In this document: piece after piece, positions 1-10,247 of the stretch
Layout of the letters: each line of letters begins with the position of its first letter
How positions within the stretch are numbered: position 1 is the first letter of the stretch
Assembly (NCBI RefSeq): GCF_000238775.2
Contig: NZ_AFEJ02000004.1
Location: forward strand, 120,101-152,100
DNA length: 32,000 bases
Source of the DNA: Acaryochloris sp. CCMEE 5410
GTDB taxonomy: Bacteria > Cyanobacteriota > Cyanobacteriia > Thermosynechococcales > Thermosynechococcaceae
Reading direction: 5' to 3'
The notes under the pieces: model-generated
Seen by the model: only the letters and a program-made list of their open reading frames with translations
What the model was told of the DNA's origin: nothing
The model's database searches: none
Position numbers and translations under genes: made by a program

Positions 1-313
1 CACAGGTGGCACATCGGTAATTTGAGCCAAACGCAACATATTTTTGACCACTGAGTATGAATTCTATGATCACTTCAAATGATCCAGGGGGTTTATTCCA
101 GATTTTTGTAAAACAATTGTGTTCAAGCGCTGTGCTGACTGTTCAACGCGTTAGTACAATGTGTAGTCACGCTTTCAACATAAAATACTCGACCCATATC
201 TTATGTTCGCAAAAACTTACACCAAAAATTGTGTATAACCCAGAAGACTTGAACGTTAGGATTCAATCCCACTAACCAAGCCTGATACAGTTTGATTATC
301 CCTCAGTGATGGG

Positions 314-3300
314 ATGATGCTTGGTAGCCAACACCTGAGTTCAGTCATGAAGATTCTCCACGGAACCTGGATTCCTGATGAAACAGCTTTTATCCAAAAA
401 GGGGCTTTCTATCTTTGGGTGGAAACCACTGAACCCAGTCACAAGCACACATCATCTCGGACTGTTCATCCCTGCCAGTTAGGAAGGGATGAATTAGAAG
501 CCTTTCTGGACAATGAGTTAGGCGTGAAACCAGGGCGTCCGCTAGAGCAGTTGATTTCTCCTCGTTATTTCTTACTTCCCAGCGCAGATCAAGCCCCATT
601 GCCTTCCCTAGAATTGGCTCGTTACCTAGAGCAATCAACACCTGAGACTTTTGAGTGGCAGTATTGGCAGGTAGATTGCTTTGAGGTCAAGACCTGGGTC
701 AAAACAGGGCAGTACGAGCATCAACCCGTAACCGATATTATTAAGCTGCTCAATGAGCTGCACTTCATTGCCCTGCATAACCTTACTCAGATGCAGTTGG
801 GGGCAGACTTACTGTTTTGGTACCACTACACCCAAACCCTCAAGCCCGTGCTGCTGAAAGACCAGTATATTCCAGCCCTGCGCTATCGCGAGGTATTGGC
901 TGGTAAACGCCCATCCCAAAGGAGTAAGGCCAAGTCTAAAAAAACTCAAACCCAGCCCAATTTTGAGATTTACCCTGCGTGGGAAATTGTCAGTGAATCC
1001 TATGAGGCTGAGCTAGACCGATTTGTGGACTATATGCCCCTAGCTTGTGTCTGTGGATTTGCAGAAAATCCTGAAGTCCCCACTGTTTATGATCGCAAAA
1101 CGCTCCTGCGACATTTTTCAGAGTATTTGCTCACTGAAATTATGACGACAGCCTACCTACCCACTAGCTATACGAAAAAAATCGCTAGCACCTTGCTAGA
1201 AGATTGTCTACGTGCACACAAGGGGCTGCATTATGCTCAAAATACCAATGAAGAGCTTTATCAGCAATGGCGCGTGTGGCGAGATCGCATTCGCCACACC
1301 CAAACCTCGATTCCCTTTTACCTCTGCTTCCAACTCCAAGATCCCCCCACCTCCGAAGACCCTTGGCAATTGCAATTCCTCGTTGCCCCCAAACCAGATC
1401 CGTCCCTGCAAATTTCTCTTGGGGAGTATTGGCGGCTCAAACCTAAACAACATCAGGAATGGCAAAAGCAGTTGGGTGAGAGCTTTGAACAGCATCTACT
1501 ACTAAACTTAGGGTATGCGGCCCGGATTTATCCTCAGCTTTGGCAAGGGTTAGAAACCGACCAACCAATAGGCATTCCGCTAGATATCGGTGCGGCCTTG
1601 GACTTTTTACAAGAATCAGCCTGGGTTTTGGAGAATGCAGGCTATAAAGTCATGGTCCCCGCCTGGTGGACACCCAAAGGGCGTCAGCGGGCAAAAATCA
1701 AGCTGCGGGCTAAGGGGAAGTCTTCATCCAGTGCCAACGACAAATCCAAGAGCTACTTCTCTCAAGAGCGGTTAGTGCAGTATAAGTACGAGCTAGCTAT
1801 TGGTGACCAGAAGATTTCGGAGGCGGAATGGCTGGAGTTGGTTCAAGCCAAATCACCCCTCGTCCAATTTCGGGGCCAGTGGATGCATTTGGATCAGGAC
1901 AAAATGCAGGAGATGTTGACGTTCTGGAAAACTCAACAGGCCGAGAATCCAGACATGACACTCTTGGATTTTATGCGCATGACAGCGGCAGGTGGGGAAG
2001 ATGTTGAAGTGGATTTCAACCGCGATAAAACCCTAGCCCAAATGCTGAAGCAGTTGCAGGATAAGAGTCAATTAGATGCAATCTCAGACCCCCAAACCCT
2101 GCAAGGGACGCTTAGGGAATATCAAAAGCGAGGGGTCTCCTGGCTGCACTACCTGGAGCAGCTAGGTCTGAATGGTTGTCTCGCCGATGATATGGGCCTA
2201 GGCAAAACGGTCCAGGTGATTGCCCGCTTAGCTCAAGAACGCGAGCAGTCTGCTAATGGTGAGCCCATTCCCCCAACACTATTGATTGCCCCCACGTCCG
2301 TCGTGGGCAATTGGCGCAAAGAAATTCAGAAGTTTGCTCCCCATTTGAGGTCCATTGTTCACCATGGTAGCGAGCGGGCTAAGACTGTTAAAGACTTTGA
2401 ATTGATGGTGGAGCAAAACGATGTGGTCATCACCTCTTTTTCCCTGGCCCGCAAAGATAGTAAGTTATTTGATGCAGTTCCTTGGCATCGGATTGTATTA
2501 GACGAAGCCCAAAATATCAAAAACCCCAAAGCAGCTCAAACCAAGGCTATTCTCAAGCTCTCCGCCACCCATCGACTGGCTTTAACCGGAACGCCTGTAG
2601 AGAACCGATTATTAGATTTATGGTCCATCTTCAACTTCCTTAATCCAGGGTATTTAGGAAAGCAAGCTCAATTTCGCAAAAGCTTTGAACTGCCGATTCA
2701 AAAAGATAATGACCGCATGCAGTCAGCCACCCTGAAGCGGTTAGTGGAGCCGTTTATTCTGCGGCGAGTCAAAACCGATAAATCCATCATCAAAGATCTA
2801 CCGGATAAGGTGGAGCAAAAGCTATACTGCAACCTCACCAAAGAGCAAGCCTCTCTCTATGAAGCCGTCGTCAAGGATATCTCAAGTGATATTGATGAGA
2901 TGGAGGGCATCCAGCGCAAGGGCATCATTCTCTCGACCCTACTCAAACTCAAACAAATTTGCAATCATCCCCGCCAGTTCCTTCAAGATGAAAGTGACTT
3001 CCTCCCTGAACGCTCCCATAAACTTAGCCGCTTAACAGAGATGATCGCGGAAGTCATGGAGGAAGGAGAAAGTCTGCTGGTATTTACTCAGTTCACAGAA
3101 CTCGGTGATGCTCTGGAAAAATATCTGCGCCAAGTCCATCATTACAACACTTTCTATATTCATGGCGGTACCAACCGCGATAAACGAGAACGGATGATTA
3201 CCGAGTTTCAAGATCCTGACACTGGCCCCTCTGTCTTTATTCTGTCTCTCAAAGCAGGTGGGGTAGGTATTACCCTCACGAAAGCCAATCATGTCTTCCA

Positions 3301-3556
3301 CTTTGATCGCTGGTGGAATCCCGCAGTGGAAGACCAAGCCACAGACCGAGCCTTTCGCATTGGACAGCAAAAAAATGTGTTTGTCCACAAATTCGTCGCG
3401 ATTGGCACCTTGGAAGAGCGCATTGACGAGATGATTGAGGACAAGAAGAAACTCGCAGGGGCAATCGTCGGTTCAGATGAGTCTTGGCTGACGGAACTGG
3501 ATAATGAATCATTCAAAAAGCTGATCACTTTAAGCAAGAATGCCATCTTGGAATAA
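314..3556 (+). CDS. SNF2-family DEAD/DEAH-like helicase; true start possibly the internal Met at about 347 (MKILHGTWIPDE)
   Basis: Walker A LADDMGLGKTVQ, DEAQ box (IVLDEAQNIKN), LTGTPVENRLLDLWS, and C-terminal motifs SLKAGGVGITLTKANHVFHFDRWWNPAVEDQATDRAFRIGQ typical of SNF2 helicases. Confidence 0.97.
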   Translation: MMLGSQHLSSVMKILHGTWIPDETAFIQKGAFYLWVETTEPSHKHTSSRTVHPCQLGRDELEAFLDNELGVKPGRPLEQLISPRYFLLPSADQAPLPSLELARYLEQSTPETFEWQYWQVDCFEVKTWVKTGQYEHQPVTDIIKLLNELHFIALHNLTQMQLGADLLFWYHYTQTLKPVLLKDQYIPALRYREVLAGKRPSQRSKAKSKKTQTQPNFEIYPAWEIVSESYEAELDRFVDYMPLACVCGFAENPEVPTVYDRKTLLRHFSEYLLTEIMTTAYLPTSYTKKIASTLLEDCLRAHKGLHYAQNTNEELYQQWRVWRDRIRHTQTSIPFYLCFQLQDPPTSEDPWQLQFLVAPKPDPSLQISLGEYWRLKPKQHQEWQKQLGESFEQHLLLNLGYAARIYPQLWQGLETDQPIGIPLDIGAALDFLQESAWVLENAGYKVMVPAWWTPKGRQRAKIKLRAKGKSSSSANDKSKSYFSQERLVQYKYELAIGDQKISEAEWLELVQAKSPLVQFRGQWMHLDQDKMQEMLTFWKTQQAENPDMTLLDFMRMTAAGGEDVEVDFNRDKTLAQMLKQLQDKSQLDAISDPQTLQGTLREYQKRGVSWLHYLEQLGLNGCLADDMGLGKTVQVIARLAQEREQSANGEPIPPTLLIAPTSVVGNWRKEIQKFAPHLRSIVHHGSERAKTVKDFELMVEQNDVVITSFSLARKDSKLFDAVPWHRIVLDEAQNIKNPKAAQTKAILKLSATHRLALTGTPVENRLLDLWSIFNFLNPGYLGKQAQFRKSFELPIQKDNDRMQSATLKRLVEPFILRRVKTDKSIIKDLPDKVEQKLYCNLTKEQASLYEAVVKDISSDIDEMEGIQRKGIILSTLLKLKQICNHPRQFLQDESDFLPERSHKLSRLTEMIAEVMEEGESLLVFTQFTELGDALEKYLRQVHHYNTFYIHGGTNRDKRERMITEFQDPDTGPSVFILSLKAGGVGITLTKANHVFHFDRWWNPAVEDQATDRAFRIGQQKNVFVHKFVAIGTLEERIDEMIEDKKKLAGAIVGSDESWLTELDNESFKKLITLSKNAILE

Positions 3557-3609
3557 CAAGAATATTAAAACTGAAACTGACAAGCATCTGAACAACAAAG
3601 GAGTTATCA

Positions 3610-4449
3610 ATGGCAGAATTTAGTCGAACCTGGTGGGGACAGCGCTTTCTTCAAGCCATTGAGCAAATTACTGATGCAGGTCGGTTAGGACGAGGGCGGT
3701 CCTATGCCAGAGGAAATAAGGTTAAGAGCTTTACTATCAAAGGTGGGTTGGTTCAGGCTGAAGTTAGAGGTTCGGTGAATCCTTATTTTGGGGTTTACAA
3801 AGAGCCTTTATATCAGACCACTATTGAATTTCACCCCATTAGTAAAGCAAATTGGGCGGCTGCGATCGCTTTTATCGCCTCCAAAGCCAGTCTGATTTCA
3901 CGACTGATGCTCAATGAGATGCCCGATAACATCGAAGATGCCTTCACCAAACTAGATCTAAATTTACTCCCTCACCGCAACTCAAATTTCACCGCTCACT
4001 GCACCTGTCCAGACTGGAGTAATCCCTGTAAACATATCGCTGGGGTCTATTACCTCTTAGCCGCCGAATTAGACCAAGACCCGTTTTTACTCTTTGAACT
4101 GCGAGGACTCTCTCGGGATGATTTGCAAAAGGAATTGGCAAAGTCTCCCCTTGGACAAGCGTTGTCAGCCGAACTAACGGCTCAACAAACACCATTTCAG
4201 CCAGATGAGACTTATTACACTCAGCCCATGACCACAACAGCTCCTGACTTGAATCACCTCAAAGACTTTTGGCAAGGAGAAAAGCGACTGCCCCAAACCA
4301 TTAATGCACCTCCAGCAACAGGGGTATCTGGGATTTTAGTGAAAACGCAGGGAGATTTTCCCGCTTTCTGGCCAAAAAATCAGTCTTTTATCGAGATAAT
4401 GGAAGAATTCTATGATCGCGTTCGAGACAAGAGTGCTTCAGTACTTTGA
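3610..4449 (+). CDS. SWIM zinc-finger domain protein
   Basis: FTAHCTCPDWSNPCKHIAGVYYLLA matches the SWIM CxCx(n)CxH pattern; sits directly downstream of the SNF2 helicase, an arrangement common in cyanobacteria. Confidence 0.93.
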   Translation: MAEFSRTWWGQRFLQAIEQITDAGRLGRGRSYARGNKVKSFTIKGGLVQAEVRGSVNPYFGVYKEPLYQTTIEFHPISKANWAAAIAFIASKASLISRLMLNEMPDNIEDAFTKLDLNLLPHRNSNFTAHCTCPDWSNPCKHIAGVYYLLAAELDQDPFLLFELRGLSRDDLQKELAKSPLGQALSAELTAQQTPFQPDETYYTQPMTTTAPDLNHLKDFWQGEKRLPQTINAPPATGVSGILVKTQGDFPAFWPKNQSFIEIMEEFYDRVRDKSASVL

Positions 4450-4587
4450 CATCAATTTTGGATTACTGCCATGTCAAAATCGTCTCGAAATCCCCAATCT
4501 AGCCCCATTAGTGATTAGATCAAGTGAATCGTATTCTGGGAAATCTCCCAAAACTGCTAATACATTCACTGATATCTGCAACAAACT

Positions 4588-5490
4588 ATGGCCGCTGACA
4601 ACAAATACTCCAAAGTACTCCTTGAGTTAAAGACTCACTACCAAGAGACAATCGCTGAGCTTGAAGCTCAAGCAAGTCAACTCAAGACCAAAATCGCGTC
4701 TCTGGATACGTTGATTGAAGACCCATTGTTAGGTTCTGATATCCTTTCAATCCTTCAAGGTGAAGCAGACTCAATAGAATCAGAAGCGCCAGACTCAATA
4801 GTTACCAACACAGTAGAACCTAAAGCCAAGTCTAAGAAAACTACTCAAAAAGCTGCTTCAAAGAAAAAGCCTACAACTTCTAAAAAGCCAGCTTCAACTG
4901 CAAAGTCAAAGGGCACAGTAAAACCGGAAGTTGAAGCTGAAGCGCCCCAAAAGAAGGCTGCTCAGAAAGTGTCACCCTCATCTGGGAAGAGAAAGTCTCC
5001 AACATCCAAAAAATCAGCCTCTGCACCAAAATCGACACAAAAGGTAGAGCCTAAAGTTGAAGCTACTTCCCCAAAAGCCGCTCAAAAAGCTTCCTCAAAA
5101 AAATCCTCAACCCCTAAGAAAACAGCTTCTCAGAACAAGGCCAAGAAAACTCAAAAACAAGCAGGCCGTTCTTCATCCAGTTCTCCGAAGATGAACAAAC
5201 CCTATGACCAGATGAGCAAAATTGATGCAATTACACAGATCATGAAAGAGCAATCTGGAAATTTGGTTCACATGGATGATTTGATTTTGAAGCTATATGG
5301 TGAACTGAGTGGCGATACACTCAAAGTGGAGCGCAAACGAATGCACAACACTATGTATCAGGGCACCCAGAAAAATCTATGGGTTAAATCTCCTAATGTA
5401 CCCATGAGTTATATCTTTGAAGGAAAATCACAGGCTCAATCCAAGGAATCCAAACCAGACCAGGCCAAGAAATCTCAAAAGAAGACCTGA
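4588..5490 (+). CDS. Lys/Ala/Ser/Pro-rich histone-H1-like protein with N-terminal coiled coil and a C-terminal globular segment
   Basis: N-terminal TIAELEAQASQLKTKIASLD; long basic low-complexity KKTTQKAASKKKPTTSKKPAS region; C-terminal YDQMSKIDAITQIMKEQSGNLVHMDDLILKLYGELSGDTLKVERKRMHNTMYQGTQKNLWVKSP looks like a winged-helix/HTH. Confidence 0.75.
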   Translation: MAADNKYSKVLLELKTHYQETIAELEAQASQLKTKIASLDTLIEDPLLGSDILSILQGEADSIESEAPDSIVTNTVEPKAKSKKTTQKAASKKKPTTSKKPASTAKSKGTVKPEVEAEAPQKKAAQKVSPSSGKRKSPTSKKSASAPKSTQKVEPKVEATSPKAAQKASSKKSSTPKKTASQNKAKKTQKQAGRSSSSSPKMNKPYDQMSKIDAITQIMKEQSGNLVHMDDLILKLYGELSGDTLKVERKRMHNTMYQGTQKNLWVKSPNVPMSYIFEGKSQAQSKESKPDQAKKSQKKT

Positions 5491-5935
5491 TGAGAGAATA
5501 CTAGATAGCAGGGTTCAGCCAAGAGTCATTGCCTCAATCACGTGGATGCCATCATTCTTGTGATCGAGACTGCCTGAAAGTCACTCCTGAAAGCTGCAAG
5601 ATCAACGAGCTAAACCCCGATCAGTCAATAGATTTAGGCGCATTGACTCTAGTATTTACGGTATTATTTCTTCTGGCGGTATATTATCGATTATCGCGTG
5701 ACTAATCCTTTGATGCCTCACGGCGTGGCACATGGGAATGATTGCAGAAAAGCCACCCATTCTTGTTTAATTCGACTCGTCGCAGCAACAAGCAGTTCTC
5801 CCAGACAGGCAGGCCCACTTCACATACATTGAAAGTTAACATGTGCGATCGCATGTCCCAACCAACTGATTACTTGGGAACTATCTGGCTATCAAAAGAC
5901 TCAACCTCACCAACGCAGGCAATCGGAGGTTCCAA

Positions 5936-6175
5936 GTGGCTGATACCATTCACGAACATAACGAATTAGGGCAACATATATGGAGTCTAAAGAATCTAAC
6001 AGAACAGACCAAAGCTGCTGCTAAACGAGCTGAACAACACTCCCGTTCTATTGGGCAAGTTAGTCTGACCCAGAAATTATTGGATATCCAACGACAATTA
6101 TGCATTCTTCAACTCAGACTCAAAGATTCTGAGATTCAGGAATGGACTGGAGAGCAAATGCATATACCCTTCTGA
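5936..6175 (+). CDS. small hypothetical protein
   Basis: 79-aa ORF with helical composition (LTEQTKAAAKRAEQHSRS); no family recognised. Confidence 0.4.
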   Translation: MADTIHEHNELGQHIWSLKNLTEQTKAAAKRAEQHSRSIGQVSLTQKLLDIQRQLCILQLRLKDSEIQEWTGEQMHIPF

Positions 6176-6269
6176 ATCAACATGGGTAGTAACGGTTTAA
6201 CTTCTCCATCACAGTACCAATAGCTACAACCCCCTTAAATCTGTCATAGTTGCGAATATCACTCGAAAT

Positions 6270-6764
6270 CTATTCTTCAAGAGTTGCTGCAACTGAAAGA
6301 AAATAGCTACCCTTTTGAGGCTGTAAGTCAAAACTAGTAATAAAACGCTTGCAATCTGAGAAATAACGGTCTTTCCTCTCAATTAACTCGTGGATTAGAC
6401 TTTGCATTTCCGCTTTAATGGTTTGGTCCATTTCAGAGGTTAGTTGAGGTAACATGCTGTCCATTGTTTCTTGCCGATTCTTTTTAGGTATTAAGGCGAT
6501 ATTCCAAGCTAGTACAGCAAGACCTAGCAAGCTTTCCACTTCTGCAAAATCATGGGCTGTTTCTTTGTAAGGTTCAACAAACGCCTGCAAAATCTCTGAC
6601 ATTTTGGCAACGCCCTGCGGATTCATAACCATGTTCTCAGAAAAATCTTTGCCAACTGTTTTCTTGACCTTTTTTCGCAGCCGCTTGTAAGATTTGTCGG
6701 CTGCTTGTCCATAATCCTGCTCTTGATGGATTAATTCACTAAAACCTTTTGATTTTCTAGCCAT
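6270..6764 (-). CDS. hypothetical protein, paralogue of 7104..7598
   Basis: Start set at MARKSKGF to match the paralogue; shares MARKSKGFSEL, KDVAKMS-like, AWNIAL.PK..RQE and ELIERKD..FSDC+R.I..FDLQP+..SYFLSVA with the downstream copy. Confidence 0.75.
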   Translation of the reverse strand: MARKSKGFSELIHQEQDYGQAADKSYKRLRKKVKKTVGKDFSENMVMNPQGVAKMSEILQAFVEPYKETAHDFAEVESLLGLAVLAWNIALIPKKNRQETMDSMLPQLTSEMDQTIKAEMQSLIHELIERKDRYFSDCKRFITSFDLQPQKGSYFLSVAATLEE

Positions 6765-7103
6765 AAGAGTTTTCACGAATAGTTTATGAGATAGGAATTA
6801 AGTCGCATTGGAACATTACTGTCGCCAGAGATGAAGGCTGGCAATCAGGAAGAAGCCACCTATCACGACTAGCAACACAAAACGATGACCGTACATGGCT
6901 TATGCTCTGCATGAACCTGTTGACTCTATTCTCACTGCTAGAGGGTGTTAAAGCATAAAAGCTCAAAATAAAGACACCATAAGGATAGGCAGATTGCTAA
7001 AGAGATGCAAACCAACGGATCGGTACGATTTCCACCTCCCCATCAAAGCACCCATAGCAATAGACCCATCCAATTCACAAGGATTGAGTAGATAATATAA
7101 AGT

Positions 7104-7598
7104 CTATTCTTCGAGAGAAGAAGCAACGGAAAGAAAATAGCTATCCCCTTGGGGTTGCAAGTCAAAATTAGCAATATAGCGCTGACAGTCTGAGAAATAA
7201 CAGTCTTTGCGCTCTATCAACTCATGGACTAAGGTTTGCAAAGCCGCTCCACTTTTTCGGTTCATCCCAGAGGCGACTTCTGACAACATGCTTTCTATAG
7301 CTTCTTGGCGGTCCTCTTTGGGTAATAAGGCGATATTCCAGGCAACAACAGCAAGACTCAGCAAGCATTCCACTTCTTCCAAACCATAAGCTGTTCCTTT
7401 GTAGGGATCAATAAATTCATTTAAAATATCGGACATTTTGGCAACGTCCTTCGGATTAATGGCTATGTCCTCAATAAGGTCTTTGCCAGTTGCTTCCTTG
7501 ACCTTTTTATGCAACCGCTTGAAGGATTGAGCGGTTGTTTGTTCAACATCTTGTTTTTGATGGAGTAATTCACTAAAACCTTTAGATTTTCTAGCCAT
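7104..7598 (-). CDS. hypothetical protein, paralogue of 6270..6764
   Basis: 164-aa ORF collinear and clearly similar to the neighbouring ORF over its whole length. Confidence 0.75.
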   Translation of the reverse strand: MARKSKGFSELLHQKQDVEQTTAQSFKRLHKKVKEATGKDLIEDIAINPKDVAKMSDILNEFIDPYKGTAYGLEEVECLLSLAVVAWNIALLPKEDRQEAIESMLSEVASGMNRKSGAALQTLVHELIERKDCYFSDCQRYIANFDLQPQGDSYFLSVASSLEE

Positions 7599-7679
7599 AA
7601 TGGTTCTTCTGATGAGTCTTCTTGAGATTAAGCAACCAGATGCAAACTAGATTAACAAGAACAGGCCACTTGCTTCTTG

Positions 7680-8084
7680 CTATTGAGGTTGAGTCGCATG
7701 AAAGCTGATTTCTTGTATCCAGACATTGGTAAAATCTTCAAAATTTTCCCCAGGCACAAGGACATGGGTAGACTCGTGTAGGGTTGCAATAAATGCTTCG
7801 CGCCATAATTCCCAAGCCCGAATTGAGGGTAGCTCTAAATCTGCGCAGTATTCATGCCAGCTATCTTTCTGAAAAAGTGAGGGACCGTTGAGAACTTGCT
7901 TAAATTCAACTTCAATCAAGCCGAAATCAACCAGTTTTTGGATGAAAGGTGGATTTTTGAAGGGTGGCTTTCTGAGATCGGTGATCGGGGTTTCATAACA
8001 AAGCCGCACGGTCATCCCAGGATACTTCTTGGCTGTTCTCAGAAGCGCCAATTGAGTCTGAGTTAAGGACGGGATGCTGATCAT
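7680..8084 (-). CDS. hypothetical protein
   Basis: 134-aa ORF, same strand as the paralogous pair; not recognised. Confidence 0.55.
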   Translation of the reverse strand: MISIPSLTQTQLALLRTAKKYPGMTVRLCYETPITDLRKPPFKNPPFIQKLVDFGLIEVEFKQVLNGPSLFQKDSWHEYCADLELPSIRAWELWREAFIATLHESTHVLVPGENFEDFTNVWIQEISFHATQPQ

Positions 8085-8260
8085 AGTCTCACCTCACGCA
8101 GAATCATCTAACAGCCCTTACGGATACCCTTTGATACCCATAAGGACGCTACTTTCTAGTTCGATTTAGCTCAATCACCACCCAACCTTAAGCTACTGCC
8201 AGCTTATCAAAACCACCCAGCCCCCAGGTTCCCCCAGAGGCCAGGTCGCCAGTTGCTTGC

Positions 8261-8926
8261 CTAAGATTTAGCGGCTTCCCTCCTCATCATGCTAGAGAGC
8301 GATGATTCGACTTTCTTCTTAGCAGTCCGACGCTTCCCACCGCCACTAGCCACAACAGGAGCCGGGTCTTGAGGAACGGCCAACTCATCATCCAGTGGGT
8401 CAGGATCAACAGGTGGATCAAGGACTTGGACAGTGGATTCATCCTCTGTGATGATTGGCTCATCCTCAGCCACGGGTTCAATCTCCTCCAGGTCTTCAGT
8501 AATTTCAGGAGCCTGCTCCTCAGCCTCGACCTCAGAATTATCCTCGACCGGGCTGTCGGCCAGGAATGCCTGGGTCTGGACCTTGAACCAATCGATAGCC
8601 TTATCGTGAAGCTTCCAATGGGCATCAATCCGATCCGTGAGCTGGGACTTGATGAGCGCTTGGACGAATACTGTCTCTTGCTGACAGCCTTTGCGGTAGA
8701 CCGCCACAGTTCGTTCCTTGACCTCCTCAAAGATGGGGCCATGCTTCTGGCTCACTTTGGATAGGCCCCAGGAGCAGAGGGCAGTGAAGTTTTTCCATCC
8801 TTGGATTTCCTTTCGGATAACGAACAGGAAGGCTTTGTTTGCAGCTAGGCCCACTTGGGTAGCGGCAGTGTCGATGACTTCGGTGTGGTCGGCTTGTTGG
8901 ATTTTGACAGAAGTTATCAATTTCAT
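8261..8926 (-). CDS. hypothetical protein with central acidic low-complexity segment and basic C-terminus
   Basis: MKLITSVKIQQADHTEV... start with AAAGGAC upstream; EVEAEEQAPEITEDLEEIEPVAEDEPIITEDES then GGGKRRTAKKKVE. Confidence 0.65.
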   Translation of the reverse strand: MKLITSVKIQQADHTEVIDTAATQVGLAANKAFLFVIRKEIQGWKNFTALCSWGLSKVSQKHGPIFEEVKERTVAVYRKGCQQETVFVQALIKSQLTDRIDAHWKLHDKAIDWFKVQTQAFLADSPVEDNSEVEAEEQAPEITEDLEEIEPVAEDEPIITEDESTVQVLDPPVDPDPLDDELAVPQDPAPVVASGGGKRRTAKKKVESSLSSMMRREAAKS

Positions 8927-9238
8927 GAGTGTTGTCCTTTGAATAATGAATAGTGGAACGACTGGCATGTGCAACCGAGTCGGCCATGTGGATATTGAGA
9001 AAATGCAAAGGCGGTCTTTGGGCCTCGCGTGAGAATATACCCTCGGGAGAAATCAGGCTCGATGTGGAGCCGTGGTGAGGTAATTTTGAGAAAAACTTTG
9101 GGTGGGAATGCCCCACTGCCTAGCCACTAGGGTAGCGTGGATAGCTTGGTGCTACAAGGATTGGGGGATTAGAGTTTCTGATCGGTGGAGGGAGGATACT
9201 AGGCAGAGCTAATGATTAGTGTGCAGGTGGTGAGAATT

Positions 9239-9901
9239 CTAAAACCTAGAGCTGTGGACAACTAAATGACGAGTTCTGTCGATAGATAGCCATCCTTCCT
9301 TTCGCAGTTCACCAAGAACGCGAGTGGCCGTCACACGAGTGACCCCCGCCAGATCTGCAATTTGTTGATGAGTTAATCGAACCTTAATTCGAATACCTTC
9401 TGGGGTCTGCTCCCCTATTTCTTTGCTAAGCAACAACAGCAACTCCCGACAGCGAGCGCTCACAGGATGGAGATGAACCAAGGCTAGCAAGTCTTCTGCC
9501 TGCTGTAAACGCCGATTGAGTTGAGACAGAATTCCTTGTGCCAGTACAGACGATCGCTCCAGTTCTATCTGAGTGATCCGCATCAGCACTACATCAGATA
9601 ACGCAATCACTTCATAAGGGTCAATCTGGGTGAAGGGCAAACCAAAGGGCATCTCTGGATAAGCCAATCCCAGGATCGCCTCATTCCCCTCACTATCGAA
9701 AGTCCGTAGTTGAAGGATTCCCCGGCAAACCACCCAAAGTTCTTGAGAATGCAACGGAATCGTGATACCCCGCTTAAATTCGTAGGTTTGGCGTCCCTGA
9801 TAGACCTCTTCGAGTAACTGCGACCCATTGTTGGGGGATAAAGTAGGTAAAATCTGGGTTGGTGGCATGGGTGAGTCCTCTGATGTAGCCTTTACACTCA
9901 A
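9239..9901 (-). CDS. Crp/Fnr-family transcriptional regulator
   Basis: C-terminal HTH RLTHQQIADLAGVTRVTATRVLGELRKEGWL; preceding cNMP-like/effector domain. True start may be MPPTQILP (9868). Confidence 0.92.
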   Translation of the reverse strand: MSVKATSEDSPMPPTQILPTLSPNNGSQLLEEVYQGRQTYEFKRGITIPLHSQELWVVCRGILQLRTFDSEGNEAILGLAYPEMPFGLPFTQIDPYEVIALSDVVLMRITQIELERSSVLAQGILSQLNRRLQQAEDLLALVHLHPVSARCRELLLLLSKEIGEQTPEGIRIKVRLTHQQIADLAGVTRVTATRVLGELRKEGWLSIDRTRHLVVHSSRF

Positions 9902-10247
9902 ATCTCAATGTTGGGGTTAAACCTGAGTTAAGAGTCATTCTCAATAGAGTTACAACTAATCCCTGCAGAGTCATCCTAAATATCAATTCAACGTCAAACT
10001 ATATCCGCTGAAATTCATATTTTACGTATGCTAGCAATTCTGTCGTAAAGTTGTCAGGTTTTCATTTCATATTCACAGTTGAGAAAATTATCAATATGAT
10101 CTTCAACTAAATTCATTGAGATTTACTTATTTTCAACCACCCAGTCATGCATTACAGGCCAAGACTGGGACAAAAATATCGATACTCTGATTACGTTATT
10201 GTCGAAGCGGAATTAGGCTCGATCTATGATGAAGCTAGCCTTTCCAG

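Noticed and set aside
57-275. 72-aa ORF at the left edge
   Set aside because: No recognisable family, weak coding character and no clear SD; likely spurious.
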